Below, piece after piece: positions 53,128 through 64,000 of a stretch of 64,000 nt of DNA (positions within the stretch are counted from its first letter, which is position 1; every line of letters begins with the position of its first letter). Position numbers and translations under genes: made by a program. Where the stretch lies: contig CAVOXA010000010.1 of assembly GCA_963700285.1 (NCBI GenBank), forward strand, positions 1,984,001 through 2,048,000. The letters run 5' to 3'. This DNA comes from an uncultured Chloroflexia bacterium. GTDB lineage: Bacteria > Chloroflexota > Anaerolineae > JAAYZQ01. The notes beneath the pieces were generated by a model. The model worked only from the letters and a program-made list of their open reading frames with translations. It ran no database searches and had not been told where the DNA came from.

Positions 53128-53853
53128 CATTGAATCAGCGGCACAGCCGCAAAGCTGCCATCACCCACCAGAACGACTTCCCGATCTGGCTGCCAGCGCC
53201 GCACCTTGTCCACCATGAGCATTGCCCAGTCAATCAGTGTTCGATGTCGTTTCTGGAGCTTGGCGCTTGTCTTCGGTCCCAGGGCGGGGACCGTCATAAA
53301 CGGCAAGGCCCACAGTCGTTGGCTCCAGGGAACCGGCACCAAGACGGCTAGACAGAGCCAGCGGATGCCCAAGGACTTGCTCACATGAGTGAGCGTGGAG
53401 CGAATCGGATCCCGAAACCAGCCCTTATACTTGATCTTGGGCCCGCGGCGGCGCTCCAACGTGTCATCGATGACAAGGAGTACAGGCAGCCCAGGCGGCA
53501 GCAGTAGATGAATGATCAAACTCAACAGCAGTCTGCTCAAGATCCACGGCGACCAACAAGCACGATTGAGGACGCGATGGTAGTTGGTAAAGTGCCGGTT
53601 GTCGGCCAGCCCCATGGCGCGAAGGGCGGCAGCCACCGTACGGCGGCCGGGAGCCAGGATCGTTCCGTAGAGCAAAACCATTGCGTTGGCGAAAGTTGGC
53701 ACGGTGAACGCCTTGGCAAATATCGAAAGCAATTGTATAATCTCCTGGGCTTGGCATGGGCTCTCCTGTGTCGATAGAGGTTTGGACACCGACTATCTTA
53801 CCACAGGTTGCTCAAATCAGCCCATCCCTTCTTCAAAAATGGCCAAAGTCCAG
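53128..53853 (-). mobile_element. Truncated DDE (IS701/IS4-like) transposase element, 3' part lost at the IS66 end
   Basis: ORF 53124-53789 (GRRTVAAAL, YHRVLNRACWS, VIDDTLERR, VGDGSFA) stops at the IS66 TIR; likely end CTGGACTTTGGCC at 53853. Confidence 0.75.
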
Positions 53854-53898
53854 TCAAGTAACACTTGCGCATATCTGAGACCAATGCCGCCGGTCTAG

Positions 53899-54473
53899 AA
53901 GGGCTTGATTCTGTACGACTGGGCTTGCCAGCGGAGCGTTGAATGCCGTGACGGGCTGCCGGGACCGGATGGCTGGCTGATTGCTCGCCGTTCGATCAGT
54001 GATCCGACCGATATTGCCTACTACTTGTCGAACGCGCCAGTTGACACGCCGCTTCTGAAGCTGGCGCAAGTGGCCTCGACCCGCTATACGGTCGAGCAAT
54101 GTATTGAAGAGGCCAAGGGTGAAACGGGCCTGGACGAGTATGAGGTACGCTATTGGCACAGTTGGCATCGCCATATTACACTCTCGATGATGGCTCACGC
54201 CTGGCTCGCCTCCGTCCGCTACACAGCCACGGAGAAAAAAGGGGGCCTGAGCCCTTCCTGGCCGAGCTGACGGTTCCGGAAGTGCGCCGCTTGCTGGAAG
54301 TGGCGCTACCCTTGCCCTATCGTTCGCGTGATCTGCGACTCGCATGGTCGCAGTATCGACGGGCCAAGCGCTGGCAGGCCCGCCAGAGCCATTCTCGCCG
54401 TCAAGCTACCGCCTGGCGGCTCCTCTTGAAGCCGGATGCCAGCACGCCGGCAAAACTGCGGTTGTAGTACTAG
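53899..54473 (+). mobile_element. IS701-family transposase 3' remnant with right end
   Basis: YDWA, WLIARRS, YYLSNAP, RYTVEQCIEEAKGETGLDEYEVR, WHRHITL, LTVPEVRRLL; end CTGCGGTTGTAGTACTAG. Confidence 0.8.
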
Positions 54474-54918
54474 GGCGTCCCCCCGCCAGCACACAGCCCG
54501 CTCCTGGTACCTGTGCCGGCTGATTCGCCTTCTGCCTCCACAGCCGGCCTGAAGTTGCTGTTCACGCGGAATAGGCTGCCCGGTGCGTGCCACATGTCGG
54601 TGGTGGTCCGCATGGGGAACCAAGTGCCCTGCCCCAGCGTCCAATCCATAGACGTGATCGACCCTGCGTCCCGGTGGACATGCAACAAGAACAGTGCTAT
54701 AGTGCGTGCTTACAGTGCCTGGCAGGCTGCGCGACCCTTCCTCCGGCCCGCCCTCTTGGCTCCGAGCCCCAGTCGCTCGATCTACCTCCTGCCGGAGATG
54801 GACCAGCCATGGGCCAAGTGTTGGCGAGCCGTGGGTCAGTCGCCACCAAAGCAGCGACCGGCCGGAAACCGATCGGCATAGTATGGGCAAGAGACAACCC
54901 GCAGAGACCGAGTGTGCC

Positions 54919-57486
54919 ATGAGATCCCATCCGCGCCATCGCCGCTTAGGGGTGGCCCTGGCCCTAATCCTCAGCCTGGTCCTTGCCGCCGCGGCTGGCA
55001 CCTACTGGCTGCTGGCCGGCCTGCCTTCGCTCGACGGTCCCACAGCGTCCCGTGGCCCGAGCCTGTATGCCTATGCCGCTGCGCCCAGCTCCAAGATCTA
55101 TGATCGCTACGGCCGGCTGCTCTACGAGATGCCGCCGCCCCATACGGGGAGCCACTCACCCGTGCCCCTGAGCGACGTGCCCCTGCCCCTGCGCCAGGCC
55201 CTCATTGCCACCGAAGACGCCACCTTCTACGATAACCCGGGAGTCGATGCCAGGGCCATCTTACGGGCGGTGTGGATCAACCTGCGCGGGGGCGGGATCC
55301 TATCGGGGGGCAGCACACTCACCCAGCAGCTGGCCCGGAACCTGCTCCTCAGCCCCGAAGAGCGGTACGAACGCACACTCGGCCGCAAGCTGCGCGAGGC
55401 GGTACTGGCCTGGCGGATTGCGCGCCACTACGCCAAGGACCAGATCCTCGAGCTCTACCTCAATGAGATCTATTTCGGAAACATGGCCTACGGCGTCGAG
55501 GCGGCAGCCCAGGCCTATTTTGGCAAGCCGGTCCGCGACGTCGATCTGGCCGAGGCTGCGTTGCTGGCTGGCCTGCCCCAGGCCCCGGCCTATTACAGCC
55601 CCCTCGAAAACCTGGAAGGCGCCAAGGACCGCCAGGCTGTGGTCTTGGACTTGATGGTCAAGCAGGGCTACATCACCGAGGAGCAGGCTCGCCTGGCCAA
55701 GAAGGAAAAGCTCTACTTTGCCTCGGCGCCCTTTGACATCCGTGCTCCCCACTTTGTAATGTACGTCCGCGGAATGTTGGAACAGGAACTTGGCCTGGAT
55801 CACATCGAGCAGGGTGGGTTGCACATCTACACCACGCTGGACCTGGACTTAAACGAGGCTGCTCGAGACGTGATGCGGGTTCGGCTGTCGCGCTTGGCCG
55901 AGTGCAGCGGGCAGCAGACCAACTGCCCGCCTGGCGGCCACAATGTGCGCAACGCAGCCCTGGTTGCCCTGGACCCGCGCACGGGAGAGATCCTAGCCAT
56001 GGTGGGCAGCCCCGATTACTTTTCCGCGCGCATAGACGGGGCGGTCAACGGCACCACCGCTCCGCGGCAGCCGGGTTCCTCCATCAAGCCCCTTACCTAC
56101 GCGGCGGCCTTTGCTCGAGGGGACCTCACGCCGGCGACGATGATGCTCGATGTACGCACCTCTTTCCTGACCGAGGAGGGCACACCCTACGTCCCCCTTA
56201 ACTACGACCTCCAGTTCCGCGGCCCGGTCCGGCTACGTGAGGCCCTGGCGTCGTCCTACAACCTGATCGCCGTCAAGGTCCTGGACGCGGTCGGCGTAGA
56301 GTCCATGACTGGCCTGGCGCGGCGCCTGGGCATCACCACCTTTGACGACCTGGAGGCGCTGGGGCTGGCCGTCACCCTGGGCGGCGGCGAGGTGCGCCTA
56401 CTGGAGGAGACGGCGGCCTATGCGGCCTTTGCCAATGGCGGCTACGCGGTGCGACCCCTTGCCATCCGTCGTGTAGAGGACGAGGCAGGCAACGTGCTTT
56501 GGTCGCCAGAACCTGGCCTGGGTGCCCGGGTCCTCGACGAGCGGGTCGCCTACCTGGTCACCGATGTGCTGAGTGACGACCGGGCCCGTATCCCATCCTT
56601 TGGCGAGGCCAGTGTCCTGGAGCTGACCCGTCCCGCGGCGGTCAAGACCGGGACGACGACAGACTACCGGGACAACTGGACGGTGGGCTATACGCCGGAG
56701 CTGGTTGCCGGCGTCTGGGCAGGCAACGCCGACAACGAGTCGATGCTGGACATCTCCGGCATAAGCGGTGCCGCACCCATCTGGCACGATTTCATGGAAC
56801 TGGCCCTCAAGGGCCAGCCGGTCCAATCCTTCCAGCGGCCCGAGGGGCTAGTCGAGTTGGAGGTATGCGCTCTTTCCGGGCTGCTGCCGGGGCCGGATTG
56901 CCCACACAGGGTGAAGGAGCTGTTTGTGAAGGGCACCGAGCCCACTCAGGTCTGCACGATGCACCAGCGCCTTGCCATCGACAGCGCTACCGGCCTGCGG
57001 GCCACGAGCGCTACGCCTCCGGAGCGCGTTGTCGAGCGGGTGTACGCGATACTGCCGCCAGAAGCCCAGGATTGGGCCCGGCAGCAGGGCATCCCCGAGC
57101 CGCCAGCCGCGGGCCGCGCTGGATCGCCCAACTCTGATCCGGACAGTCAGCTTGCCGCAGCGGGCGCGCCAATCCAGGAGCAGGAGGGAGGAGCCCCGTG
57201 TCTGACCATGAGCAGCCCCGACCGCGGCGCTGTCTACCTTCTGGATGCCGGCTTGCCCCGCGCTGCCCAGCGCATCGTCGTCTCGGCCTTTCCAGGACCG
57301 GATGCGAGCCTGCGCGAGGTGACGCTGTGGGCCGATGGCCGGCTGCTGGCCAAATTTGTGGCACCGCCTTACAAGACCCTGTGGCAACTTGAGCCGGGTG
57401 CGCATACCTTTTGGGCAGAGGGAATCTCTGCCGGCGGCGACCGGGCCAAGAGCGACGAGGTCCAGGTGACAGTCCAAACCCGCTGA
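54919..57486 (+). CDS. pbpC: Penicillin-binding protein 1C
   Basis: TEDATF, GGSTLTQQ, RKLRE, PGSSIKP, SYN and KTGT; C-terminal PBP1C-type domain; adjacent to A2M. Confidence 0.9.
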   Translation: MRSHPRHRRLGVALALILSLVLAAAAGTYWLLAGLPSLDGPTASRGPSLYAYAAAPSSKIYDRYGRLLYEMPPPHTGSHSPVPLSDVPLPLRQALIATEDATFYDNPGVDARAILRAVWINLRGGGILSGGSTLTQQLARNLLLSPEERYERTLGRKLREAVLAWRIARHYAKDQILELYLNEIYFGNMAYGVEAAAQAYFGKPVRDVDLAEAALLAGLPQAPAYYSPLENLEGAKDRQAVVLDLMVKQGYITEEQARLAKKEKLYFASAPFDIRAPHFVMYVRGMLEQELGLDHIEQGGLHIYTTLDLDLNEAARDVMRVRLSRLAECSGQQTNCPPGGHNVRNAALVALDPRTGEILAMVGSPDYFSARIDGAVNGTTAPRQPGSSIKPLTYAAAFARGDLTPATMMLDVRTSFLTEEGTPYVPLNYDLQFRGPVRLREALASSYNLIAVKVLDAVGVESMTGLARRLGITTFDDLEALGLAVTLGGGEVRLLEETAAYAAFANGGYAVRPLAIRRVEDEAGNVLWSPEPGLGARVLDERVAYLVTDVLSDDRARIPSFGEASVLELTRPAAVKTGTTTDYRDNWTVGYTPELVAGVWAGNADNESMLDISGISGAAPIWHDFMELALKGQPVQSFQRPEGLVELEVCALSGLLPGPDCPHRVKELFVKGTEPTQVCTMHQRLAIDSATGLRATSATPPERVVERVYAILPPEAQDWARQQGIPEPPAAGRAGSPNSDPDSQLAAAGAPIQEQEGGAPCLTMSSPDRGAVYLLDAGLPRAAQRIVVSAFPGPDASLREVTLWADGRLLAKFVAPPYKTLWQLEPGAHTFWAEGISAGGDRAKSDEVQVTVQTR

Positions 57487-57546
57487 CGGCAGGATGGGCA
57501 ACGCTCGCTTCACCGCTATCGAGTCATTCGTAGGAAGGATCGGACA

Positions 57547-60500
57547 ATGGAAACGCAGAATAGACGAAGTGACTTATTCCTGATTCTTCTGGTCTTTCTT
57601 TGCCTGCTGCTGGGTGCCTGTGGGTCATCCACCCCCGAGGTGATGCCCACGGCTGGCGAACCAACCGCTACCCTGCCGCCGACGGAGACGCCGCCCCCAA
57701 CGGTCACGCCCATACCCTTGCCCGCGCCGCAGCTTCTGTTCCGCAGCCCCGCACCTGGGGAGGAGCAGCCCCTCGATGCACCCATCGAGCTGACCTTTGA
57801 CCAGCCGATGGATCGCAAAAGTGTGGAAGCAGCTTTCACCATTTCACCCACGATCGAAGGCGAGCTCACCTGGCTCGACGACAGGACGCTGTCCTTTGAC
57901 CCACGGGTCGAGCTGGAGCGCGGCGCCACGTATCGGGTGACGGTGGACGCCACGGCAGAAAACGCTGAGGGCAAGCCGCTGGAGGAACCTGCCAGTCTTG
58001 GATTTGATACGGTAGGCTTTCTCGAGGTCAGCCAGGTAATGCCCGCTCCAGATAGTGACGAGCTGGACCCTCAGACTGTGGTCACAGTCGTGTTCAACCG
58101 GCCGGTCGTTCCCCTGACGGCCATTAGCGACCAGGGCGAGCTGCCCCACCCCCTCACCTTTGTGCCCCCGGTGCGGGGCCGCGGCGAATGGCTCAATACC
58201 TCCATCTATCTCTTCACACCGGAAGGCGGCTTTCTGCCTGCCACCCACTACAAAGCCAGGGTGGCTGCCGGCTTGATGGATACCACTGGCGCACTCCTCG
58301 AGCCGGACTATACCTGGGAGTTCGAGACCATCCGGCCGGCCATCCTGCAGGTCTCGCCTGCAGAAGGTTTCGCCCAGGTTGGGCCCACCGACCTGATCAG
58401 CGTGACCTTCAATCAACCCATGGACCACGCCTCGGCTCAGTCGAACTTTTCTTTGGAGATGGACGGCCAGCCCGTAGCCGGCGAATTCCGCTGGAGTGGC
58501 GGGCAGACGCCTATAGACACGGAGACGATGCTCTTTGTGCCCGACGAACCCCTGCCTCGCGACACCTCCTTCAGTGCTCGTGTGGCGGCGGATGTCCAGG
58601 CCCGTGCCGGAAACACCGGCACGCAGCGGCAGAAGCGTTGGACCTTTTCCACCGTTAAACAACCGGGCATCGTTGGCACCTTGCCCGGGGATGGCGCGAG
58701 GGGTGTGGATCCGGGTGAGAGCCTGGCGATTACCTTCGCCAGCCCCATGCAGCCAGAGGGTTTCATGGACCACCTCACCATCCTCCCGGCTGTGACAGAG
58801 GTCTACACCTATTGGTCAGAGAATGATACGCAAGTCGAGATCGACTTCCAGAGCAGGCCCGCCACGGCCTACCAGGTTGGCCTGGATGCTGCCACCCCCG
58901 ACCGGTATGGGGCCGCGCTGGGCAGAGCCGCGCCCATCCGGTTCACCACCGGAGACCTGCCCGCTTTTGCCAGCCTGACCACGGTTGGCCAGTTGGGCAC
59001 CGTCAGCGCCTACACCGACACGGTGGTCTATGCCACCTACCGCAACGTGTCCAGCCTGCAGATCGGCCTGTACCGTCTCAGCCCACGCACTTTTATGGAC
59101 CTCAACACGCGCTGGGAGGCCTGGGATCAGTTCGTGCCCGACGAGGGTGAACTGGTGCGCCGCTGGTCCCGCGAGGTCCAGGCGCCCCGCAATGAGGCCC
59201 GCCTGGAGCGCTTGCTGTTGGTAGATGACAGCGGCGAGGCTCTGCCTCCTGGCCTGTACTACCTCCAGCTCACGGCGCCAGAGGTTCAAGAATCACAGGC
59301 TGCCGGCGAAAAGCTGTCTCGCTACATGTTTGTCAAGTCGCGGCTGAACCTGACTCTGAAGCAAACCCGCTCTGAAGCCTTGTTGTGGGCCACGGACCTC
59401 GCCTCCGGCCAACCCGTGCCGGATCTCTCTGTGCACTTTTATTTGGGCCCCGACCAGATCGAGGCTGCCGCCAGGACCGGTGCCGAGGGCCTCGTAGTGG
59501 CCGATGGCCTTCCTCTGGACGATCTGTGGAGCCCATTCTTTGCTATGGCCGGTGAGCCGGGCGACGAAGGCTTTGGCATCGCCTACAACCGCTGGGAAGA
59601 GGGTATCAATCCCTGGGACTTTGGCGTGGATTCAGAATTCTGGGGCAGCGATTACCAGGGCTATCTCTACACCGACCGGCCCATCTACCGGCCGGGTCAG
59701 ACTGTCTACTTCAAGGGCATTGTCCGTGCTGACGACGACGCCGTGTACAGCTTGCCTGACGAGATAGAGACCGTGCAGGTGCAGGTCAACGATGCCCAGG
59801 GCAAAGAGTTGTACCGCACGAAGCTGCCCCTCAGCGAGATGGGGACCTTCTACGACGAGCTGGTACTCGACGAACAAGCGCCGCTGGGCGACTATTATGT
59901 CGAGGTCCAAGAGCCTGATCTCCAATTCTACACCGGTACCAGCTTTCGCGTCGCCGAATACAGGGCTCCGGAGTTCCAGGTGTCGGTAACCGCGGGCCGT
60001 GATGCCTATCTCGCCGGTGAACCCGTCGGCGTCACGGCCGAGGCCACCTACTACTTTGGCGGCCCCGTGGCCGACGCTGGTGTCCACTGGAGCGTCCTCA
60101 GCAGCGACTACTTCTTCCGCCATGAATGCCCTCAGGGGCAAAGCTGCCCTTGGTATAGCTGGACCGATTCCGAGTGGGGCGAACAGCCGGAAGGCGAGTA
60201 CTATGGAGGTTACGGCGGGCTCCTGGCCGAAGGCGACGCCCAGACCGACAGCGAAGGTCGGGTTACCTTCAGCGTCCCGGCGGACATTGGCGACGAGGTG
60301 CGAAGCCAGCTCTTGACCATCGAGGCCAGTGTGACCGATCTCAGCGGCCAACAGGTGAGCAACCGGACGGGGACTGTCGTCCACAGGGGCGAGTTCTACG
60401 TCGGCGTCGCGCCTCGCGGCAACCTGTCCGAGGTGGACCAGGAAAAGCCTGTTGATCTGCTGACGGTAGACTGGGATGGAGAGCCAGTCGCGGGCGTGGA

Positions 60501-63500
60501 GCTGACCGTGATCCTCATGGAGCACCGCTGGTATAGCGTCCGACGCCAGGCGGAGGATGGCCGCTACTACTGGGACTGGACCGTGGAGGACATCCCCGTA
60601 GTGACCAGCACCGTGACCACCGACGACGAGGGTCAGGCCGTCGCCACTTTCATCCCTCCCAAGGCCGGCAGTTACCGCGTGCGTGCCATCGGCCGCGACA
60701 GTCGCGAGAATGAGATCCGCAGCAGCGACTACTTCTGGGTCTGGGGCGGGCAGGATTACATAAGCTGGCGCCAGGAGAACAACAACCGCATCGACCTGGT
60801 CGCCGACCAGGAGGAGTACGAGATCGGCGACGTGGCCGAGATCCTGATCCCTTCCCCCTACACCGGCACCGTGCAGGCACTGGTCACCGTCGAGCGGGGC
60901 CACATCCTGGAGACCGAGGTGCGCGAGCTTTCCACCAACAGTGAAGTCCTGCGTATTCCCATCGTCGAAGCGCACGTGCCCAATGTCTTTGTGTCCGTGG
61001 TCATCGTCCAGGGATCTGACCAGGCTGCAGACGGGCTCGCCACTTTCAAAATGGGCGTCGTCAAGCTGCCGGTTTCGGTCGAGGCCAAAACCCTGAACAT
61101 CAGCCTTACGCCGGACAAAGAGATGGAGGACGGCGAGTACTATGGCCCCCGACAGACGGCTACCTACGACGTGCTGGTCACCGATTACCAGGGGAAGCCG
61201 GTGGAGGCCGAACTGTCGCTTCGCCTGGCCGACCTCGCCGTGTTGGCCCTGGCCGACGAGCCGGGCCCGACCCTGGTCGAGAGCTTCTGGCGCGACCGTG
61301 GCCTGGGCGTCAAGACCAGCACGCCGCTGGTCGTGGCCATGGAGCCCTTTAACCGCGAGATCGCGCCCGGTACCAAGGGCGGTGATGGCGCCGCAGGGGG
61401 AGAGCTGGTGCGCTCCCGCTTTGCCGATACTGCCTTTTGGGCTCCAGCAGTGCGTACGGATCAGGATGGCCGGGCCCGGGTGACGGTCCAACTGCCGGAC
61501 AACCTGACCACGTGGCGCATGCAGGCCCGCGGGATTACGGGCGATACCAAGGTGGGTCGCGCCGACGTGGACGTACTCAGCAGCCTTGACCTGCTCGTGC
61601 GACCAGTGTTGCCCCGTTTCTTTGTCGTGAACGACCAGGCCCAGATCGCGACGGTGGTCCACAACAATACCCAGGAGCCGCTCAAGGTCCAGGTCGAAAT
61701 CGAACTGGAGGGCCTGGCTCTGCAAGGTGCTAGCAGCCAGACTGTCGAGGTCGGCGCTGGCGACAAGGTCCAGGTTACCTGGCCTGTGAAGGCCATGTCT
61801 GGAAACGACGATCGGGGCTGACGGTATCGAACGGGCCACGGTGCGCATGTGGGCCAGGGCTGGCGACCTCTACGATGCCCGCGAGGATACCCTGCCCGTG
61901 TACCACTACACCTCGCCAGAAGTGGTGGCCACCGCCGGCTTGCTGGCCGAGCCCGGCGTCCGCCAGGAGGTCATCCAGTTGCCGGGCACGTTCGACCCGA
62001 CCCAGGGCGAGCTCACGGTGGTACTCGATGGCTCCCTGACCGCTGTGGCCCAGGATGCGCTCGATTACCTCGAGCACTATCCCTACGAGTGTGTGGAGCA
62101 GACGGTCAGCCGTTTCCTGCCCAACGTGGTCACTTGGCAGGCCCTGGAGGAGATGGGCCTGGAACGTCCCGAGCTGCGCCAGAAGCTGGCCCAGATGGTG
62201 GGCATCGGCCTGCAGCGGCTCTACGCCCAGCAACACTACGATGGCGGTTGGGGCTGGTGGACCTACGACGAGAGCAATTCTTATCTGACAGCCTACGTCC
62301 TGCACGGGATGTTGGAAGCTCACCGCGCTGGGTTCGTGGTCGACCAGGGGGCCGTGGACAAGGCTGCCGACTACCTGCGCCAGGGGCTGCCCTCGGTGGC
62401 CCAGGTCAAGGCTGCCTCGGAGGCGAACCGGCTGGCCTACGCGCTCTACGTCCTGGCCAGCTATGCCGATACGTTCGACAGCTCTTCCAGGGGGGAGTTG
62501 AGCCGGGCCGTGCGTCTCTTTGACGACAGGCACCTTCTCGACCACTATGGGCAGGCTACCCTGGCCATGGCTCTCGCCTTGCTGGAACCGGACGAGCCCC
62601 AGCGGGTCCAGACGCTGCTCGACGACCTGGCTGGCGACGCTGTCCTCAGCGCCACGGGCGCCCACTGGGAGGAAGCTGAGCCTGATTACTGGAACATGAG
62701 CACCGACGTCCGGACCACGGCCATCGTTCTCTGGACGTTGGCACACCTGCGCGCTGACGATCAACTCCTGCCCGCCACCGTGCGCTGGCTGATGGCGATG
62801 CGAGAGGAAGGCCACTGGCAGACGACCCAGAACAACGCCTGGTCACTGCTGGGGCTGGTGGCCTACATGCAGGCTACGGGCGAGCTCGAGGGGGACTATA
62901 GTTACAGCGTTTACCTAAATGGGCAAGAGCTGACCAGGGGGGATGTTTCCCAGGACAACATCGACGAGAGCCACGAACTTGTGGTCGGCATCACTCGCCT
63001 GCTGACCGAGGAGGGCAATCGCCTGGTCGTCGAACGCCAAGCTTCTCAAGGTGACCAGACGGGTGAGGGACAGCTCTACTACTCGGTGGACCTGCGCTAC
63101 TACCTGCCTGCCGACCAGGTCCAGGCGCTGGATCGAGGTATCGTCGTCGCCCGGCAGTACAGCCCGGTCGACGATGCGGGGCAGGTGGAGGCCAGGCGCT
63201 ACGTCGACGTCGCGCGTGTTGGAGACGTCATCAAGGTCAAGGTCACCCTCGTCGCTCCCACGGACCTCTACTACGTGGTTGTCGAGGACCCGCTGCCAGC
63301 CGGTTTCGAGGGCATAGACCTCAACCTTAAAACAACCAGCGTGGTTGGAGAACAGCCGACCCTGCGCAACCTGACCGTTGAAGAGGAGGAGCGCTGGTTC
63401 CGCTGGTACGGTTGGGGCTGGTGGTGGTTCTCCAACTCGGAGATGCGCGACGAGAAGGTTGTCCTCTTTGCGGAATACCTACCCCGGGGAACCTACGAGT

Positions 63501-63625
63501 ACACTTATCTTATGCGTGCCGGGGTGCCGGGTGACTTTTACACGATGCCCACGACCGCCCACGAAATGTATTTCCCCGAGGTCTTTGGCCGGAGCGATGG
63601 AGGCAAGTTCACCGTACAGCCGTGA
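57547..63625 (+). CDS. Bacterial alpha-2-macroglobulin lipoprotein with N-terminal Ig-like (Big_5) repeats; one frameshift near 61810
   Basis: Lipobox LLGAC, TFDQPM/FNRPV/FNQPM/FASPM repeats, YTDRPIYRPG, RSRFADTAFW, PDNLTTWR, thioester motif YPYECVEQ and DGGWGWW. Confidence 0.92.
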
Positions 63626-63636
63626 GTACGTACAGT

Positions 63637-63684
63637 GCGGGCCTGTTGTTCGTAATGCTCCGGGGATACGAACAGACAGGCCGC
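63637..63684. terminator. Hairpin between convergent A2M and purB
   Basis: GCGGGCCTGTTGTTCGTA...TACGAACAGACAGGCCGC imperfect inverted repeat. Confidence 0.5.
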
Positions 63685-63786
63685 AGGCAACCCGTATGAG
63701 GGTTCCCGCGGCCTTTTCTGTTGCGCTCTTGTTCAGGATCTTGAGCAGCGTGGCGCGGATCTTTCCTGTGTCGGTGAGCTCAAACC

Positions 63787-64000
63787 TCAGCCTGCCCAGC
63801 CCTGTCCTTCCTCACCGATCATCGCCGCCAGCTCCCGCGCCCGCTGCGGCGCATCCCCCACATAGTCGCTGGCCTCCAGCATGGCCATCACCTCTTCGAC
63901 CGGCAGGAAAGCCAGTACCTCCCGGTCACCGGCCAACAGACCGGCCAGCGGATTGGGCTCGTCCTGCTGGACCGCGTCCCAGGCCGCCATGCTGTGCTGC
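63787..64000 (-). CDS. purB: Adenylosuccinate lyase C-terminus (partial)
   Basis: HSMAAW...NPLAGLLAGD...LEASDYVGDAPQRARELA resembles the PurB C-terminal domain. Confidence 0.7.
   Translation of the reverse strand, partial: QHSMAAWDAVQQDEPNPLAGLLAGDREVLAFLPVEEVMAMLEASDYVGDAPQRARELAAMIGEEGQGWAG

Noticed and set aside
46800-54473. Prophage or ICE at tRNA-Arg
   Set aside because: No integrase, structural, replication or conjugation genes are visible.
59632-61848. Long antisense ORFs (738 aa here; also 48106-49485, 44578-45849, 2115-3086, 51902-53035)
   Set aside because: Shadow ORFs opposite well-supported genes, expected from high-GC codon bias; no recognisable motifs.

Overview
GC-rich bacterial DNA that looks like Chloroflexota/Anaerolineae (inferred from the PyrF-PyrE fusion, Pro/Thr-linker lipoproteins and the A2M-PBP1C pair). 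It carries many single-base indels, most likely long-read consensus errors, so many genes are split across ORFs. (1) About 42 kb (0.8-43 kb) between pyrFE and pyrD-pyrK is a catabolic island for an unknown substrate. It encodes a four-subunit NdhFSLM-type molybdenum hydroxylase, a RuBisCO-like protein, three Tm-1-like/UPF0261 proteins (two directly upstream of UroD-family genes), a split transketolase, a DhnA aldolase, a BKACE next to a 3-hydroxyacid dehydrogenase, UlaG-like and AHL-lactonase-like hydrolases, two cyclases, three SDRs, two Zn-ADHs, a HOT, two GntR regulators and MFS/DUF1097 membrane proteins. It also holds a Mo-enzyme maturation/uptake block (CoxD/E-like, type II ABC importer, Moco-binding protein, DUF364, XdhC, SufU-like). 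A shared ATCGATAATCG operator occurs at five promoter regions. (2) pyrDK (with a candidate attenuator), malQ and tRNA-Arg(CCG) follow. (3) A tRNA-anchored accessory region contains a 1,070-bp TA islet bounded by a diverged duplication of tRNA 3' end + terminator + promoter, then rnhA, a pRiA4b ORF-3 protein, an orphan sigma-like gene and nested IS elements. (4) The window ends with pbpC, alpha-2-macroglobulin and the 3' end of purB. No CRISPR array is present. All identifications are by eye from motifs; no database searches were run.
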